64,000 nt of DNA, taken from Malacoraja senta (Eukaryota). The stretch's first letter is position 1. The number at the start of each line of letters is the position of its first letter. Of the stretch, positions 61,679 to 64,000 are shown in pieces. A model generated the notes under the pieces. That model was not told the DNA's origin. It did no database searches and saw only the letters and a program-made list of their open reading frames with translations. The stretch covers positions 496,001 through 560,000 of the forward strand of contig CM075997.1 of the NCBI GenBank assembly GCA_038087875.1. The letters are read 5' to 3'. The position numbers were made by a program, and so were the translations under genes.

Positions 61679-62769
61679 AGTTGCCAGAGCTTGGTGAAAG
61701 ACCTGATGCCTGACATAGCCATGGCAGCCACGTCCAAGCAAAGTCTGACCTGCAAAGACCCCGAGCTCTGCAAGGCCGTGTCGGAAGTGGGCCGGGAATG
61801 TGCGGAGCTGAGCACGGAGTCTTCTGAACCGCGGGGCATCAGTAAGTACAGCCTGAGGAAGAAGAAGCACACTCGGGGCCAGAAGCCCCGGCGGCACGTA
61901 GACTTCTGGAACTACCCCGATTTCTATGACTTTTCCCCGAGGATTCCCGCCAGCCGTTTGTTTTGTCCCAAAAGCTGCCCAGTCCCGTCCCGTCCCCGTC
62001 CAAGGGCCACGCTTTCTGCCAGGATTTGAAGAATAATAACTCCAGGCCACCCGCTGGCTTAAAGCAAACTCATTTAAACCCAGCATCGCCGTCCAAGAGG
62101 AAAGAAACCTTGAGCAGTGAATCCACAGACACTCACGAGAAGCCTGACCTTAAGAGGACTTCTGTCAATCTGGACCTGCCGTCCGCAGTGGAGGTTGTCC
62201 ATTGTACTGCTGGCACCGATCTGACCCATGGTCTACCAGCTCATGAGGACAGGCCCTTTGATGTACCTCAGCAGCTTGGAAGGCCTGACCAACAGCCACC
62301 TTTGGAACCAGCAGATTATAAAGCCTTTGCTGGAGGGACGTTGATAGGGACTGACTTAATTCACGGGTTGCCAGCTGAAGAACAGAAGCCCAGGTCCAGG
62401 CTGGTGTCTCCAATAAAATGTTCCTTTCTCACCTGTGAGCCGCCATCGTCCCAGTTAAGGCAAAGGAGCTCTCCACAATCCATAGTGAAATCAGACAACT
62501 TCTCTTCACCGGCACCGACCTGTTGTGATTACCTTTACCGGAGAGGTGGCTCCGACACAGCGATGACGGCAGACTTGACCTCTAGTCTTCCCACCAGCCC
62601 CAGTGTAGGCGTGCCGTTAATCTCCGTCATTGAGGACACCTCTGGAAGACTAGCCGAGGCCAGCCACCTCTCACCCTCAAACTGTTGTATCAGCCACAGT
62701 GTGAACTCCAAGAGGCAGACAAATAAGGCCGAGGCTAGAGACTTTCCGTACAAAAAGTCAGCTCTATAA
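61679..62769 (+). CDS. BTBD7: BTBD7-like last coding exon (contains a 1-nt frameshift near 61930-61965)
   Basis: TTGCAG| acceptor. The first frame gives DLMPDIAM, RKKKHT and YPDFYDF. The -1 frame gives PSPSKG...DFPYKKSAL* (BTBD7 ends DFLYKKSAL). Spliced CDS is 3563 nt, one short of 1188 codons. Confidence 0.85.
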
Positions 62770-62784
62770 ATCTGGTATTTGTTA

Positions 62785-63183
62785 TTTCCCTTCTGTTTTG
62801 CATCTTGTTTTTCTCTCTATCTTCCTTTCTCTCTCTTCCCCTCATTCCTCTTTCTTTCCTCGTCATTTCTCATTTTCCTCCTTTTTCTTTCCTTTCTCTC
62901 CCTTTTTTCTTTCTCACCTTGTTTTTCTCTTTCATGCTTTCCTCCCTTCTTTCCGTCTTCCCCACGTTCCTCCCTTTTCTCCTTCTCCCCCTCCCCCCTT
63001 CTCTTTCCCCCTTCTCTTTCCCCCATTCTCGTTCCCTCCTCTTTCTCTTTCTCTCTCCCTCTCTTTCTCTTTTTTCTTTCTCTCTCTCCCTCTCTTTCTC
63101 TTTGTTTATTTCTCTCTCTCTTTCTCTTTCTTTCTCTCTCTCTCTCTCTCTCTCTCGTGCTTTCCTCCAATTTTCTCTTTTCC
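62785..63183 (+). repeat. ~400-bp polypyrimidine (C/T) low-complexity tract in the proximal 3' UTR
   Basis: Directly visible. The ORFs here are artefacts. Confidence 0.95.
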
Positions 63184-63623
63184 AAAGGGTGCCCATTAAA
63201 CAAAAAATCTGTGGTGCGATGGAAGTTCTTGCGTGACTGTTGGTCAGATTTAGCCAGCTGACGTCACTGACTGTATTGCCCATGTCCTGTAATGTTTGGG
63301 TCAGAAGGAATATCAGCAATATGAGAAGTCATTGGAGATGAGAGAGTCTACGAGCAATACAAACCGTTATTGCATTTGGGTTTGCAGTAGCATAATCTTG
63401 CTTTGTGCTTGTATTTCTCCGCCTGTGATGGGCAGGGAGAAGGGGGGCCGCGAGGGATGATTCAAGGGAAAACTCTTTTACCCATTTCACCATCATTGTT
63501 TGAGATGATTTCAACGGTGCTTTATTGGCCTTGTGTCCTGCAGTTCGATGGTTCAAGGCATGATTGCCACATACTGGATGATGTTGAGTGGGAGTAAGAG
63601 GTCCCATGTTCTGTGTAAGGTTA

Positions 63624-63629
63624 AATAAA
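63624..63629 (+). terminator. Candidate polyadenylation signal
   Basis: First AATAAA seen after the stop codon (an ATTAAA variant lies at 63195). GT/T-rich sequence follows. Confidence 0.3.
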
Positions 63630-64000
63630 GGCAACAGTTGAAGATGAAAAAAAAAATTAGGCAAAAGCACAAAGGAACCAAAAATTTAATATTTTGGGAA
63701 TGTTTGGATTGGAAGTTTTATTTTTCTTTGATTCAGAAATCATGACTAGAATCACTTTTTTTTGCTTCCGTTGAATTAGTGTTCTGAATGAGATGAAGCG
63801 GATGGATATTTGTGTTGTCAGCACTTGCCTTCCTGCATGGAATCACAAGAATTGGCTCCCCTAATGACTGCTTGCTGCCCACTGTGGAAATGGGCTCATG
63901 CAAGTAAGATGCATCTCGTGCTTGGCTCCCGCTGTGATATGAACAGTATCCACTTGGATACTTCAGTCTGAAGAAGGGTCTCGACCCGAAAGGTCACCCA

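Noticed and set aside
61930..61975. Programmed -1 ribosomal frameshift
   Set aside because: CCCAAAA and TTTTCCCC are not in the X_XXY_YYZ phase of the upstream frame. An indel is more parsimonious.
62779..63319. Phe/Ser/Leu-rich and Glu/Arg/Lys-rich ORFs
   Set aside because: Translation of the C/T tract, not a membrane protein.
1..64000. CRISPR-like array from the recurring ~28-nt palindromic repeat
   Set aside because: Copies are dispersed on both strands with conserved flanks, not regularly spaced with unique spacers, and the context is eukaryotic.

Overview
Vertebrate genomic DNA, most likely from a cartilaginous fish (shark/skate/ray), inferred from the HE1/V-SINE, CR1, Rex1/Babar and Penelope-like repeat content. 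The window holds one protein-coding gene on the + strand, a BTBD7-like gene (two BTB/POZ domains plus a BACK-like region). It has a CpG-island promoter at ~17.4-18.1 kb and ten coding exons from ATG 30368 to TAA 62769, all with GT-AG boundaries in consistent phase. The protein looks much more diverged than expected for a BTBD7 orthologue, and the last exon has a 1-nt frameshift near 61930-61965. Most other ORFs in the track are repeat-derived or spurious. The most interesting signal is that the commonest short repeat carries a minimal type I hammerhead-ribozyme core (CTGANGA-A-GGGT-loop-ACCC-GAAA-CG-TH) in >20 intact or degenerate copies on both strands. It is physically linked to Penelope GIY-YIG ORF remnants, and one 95-nt copy is flanked by a 14-bp target-site duplication. 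Other notable structures: a near-perfect 76-bp-arm hairpin in intron 1, an inverted retroposon pair spanning intron 2, Harbinger-like MITEs sharing an internal palindrome, a divergent CTCF pair upstream of the promoter, and a probably TE-donated branch point. All homology calls are from recall, not database searches, and repeat boundaries are approximate.
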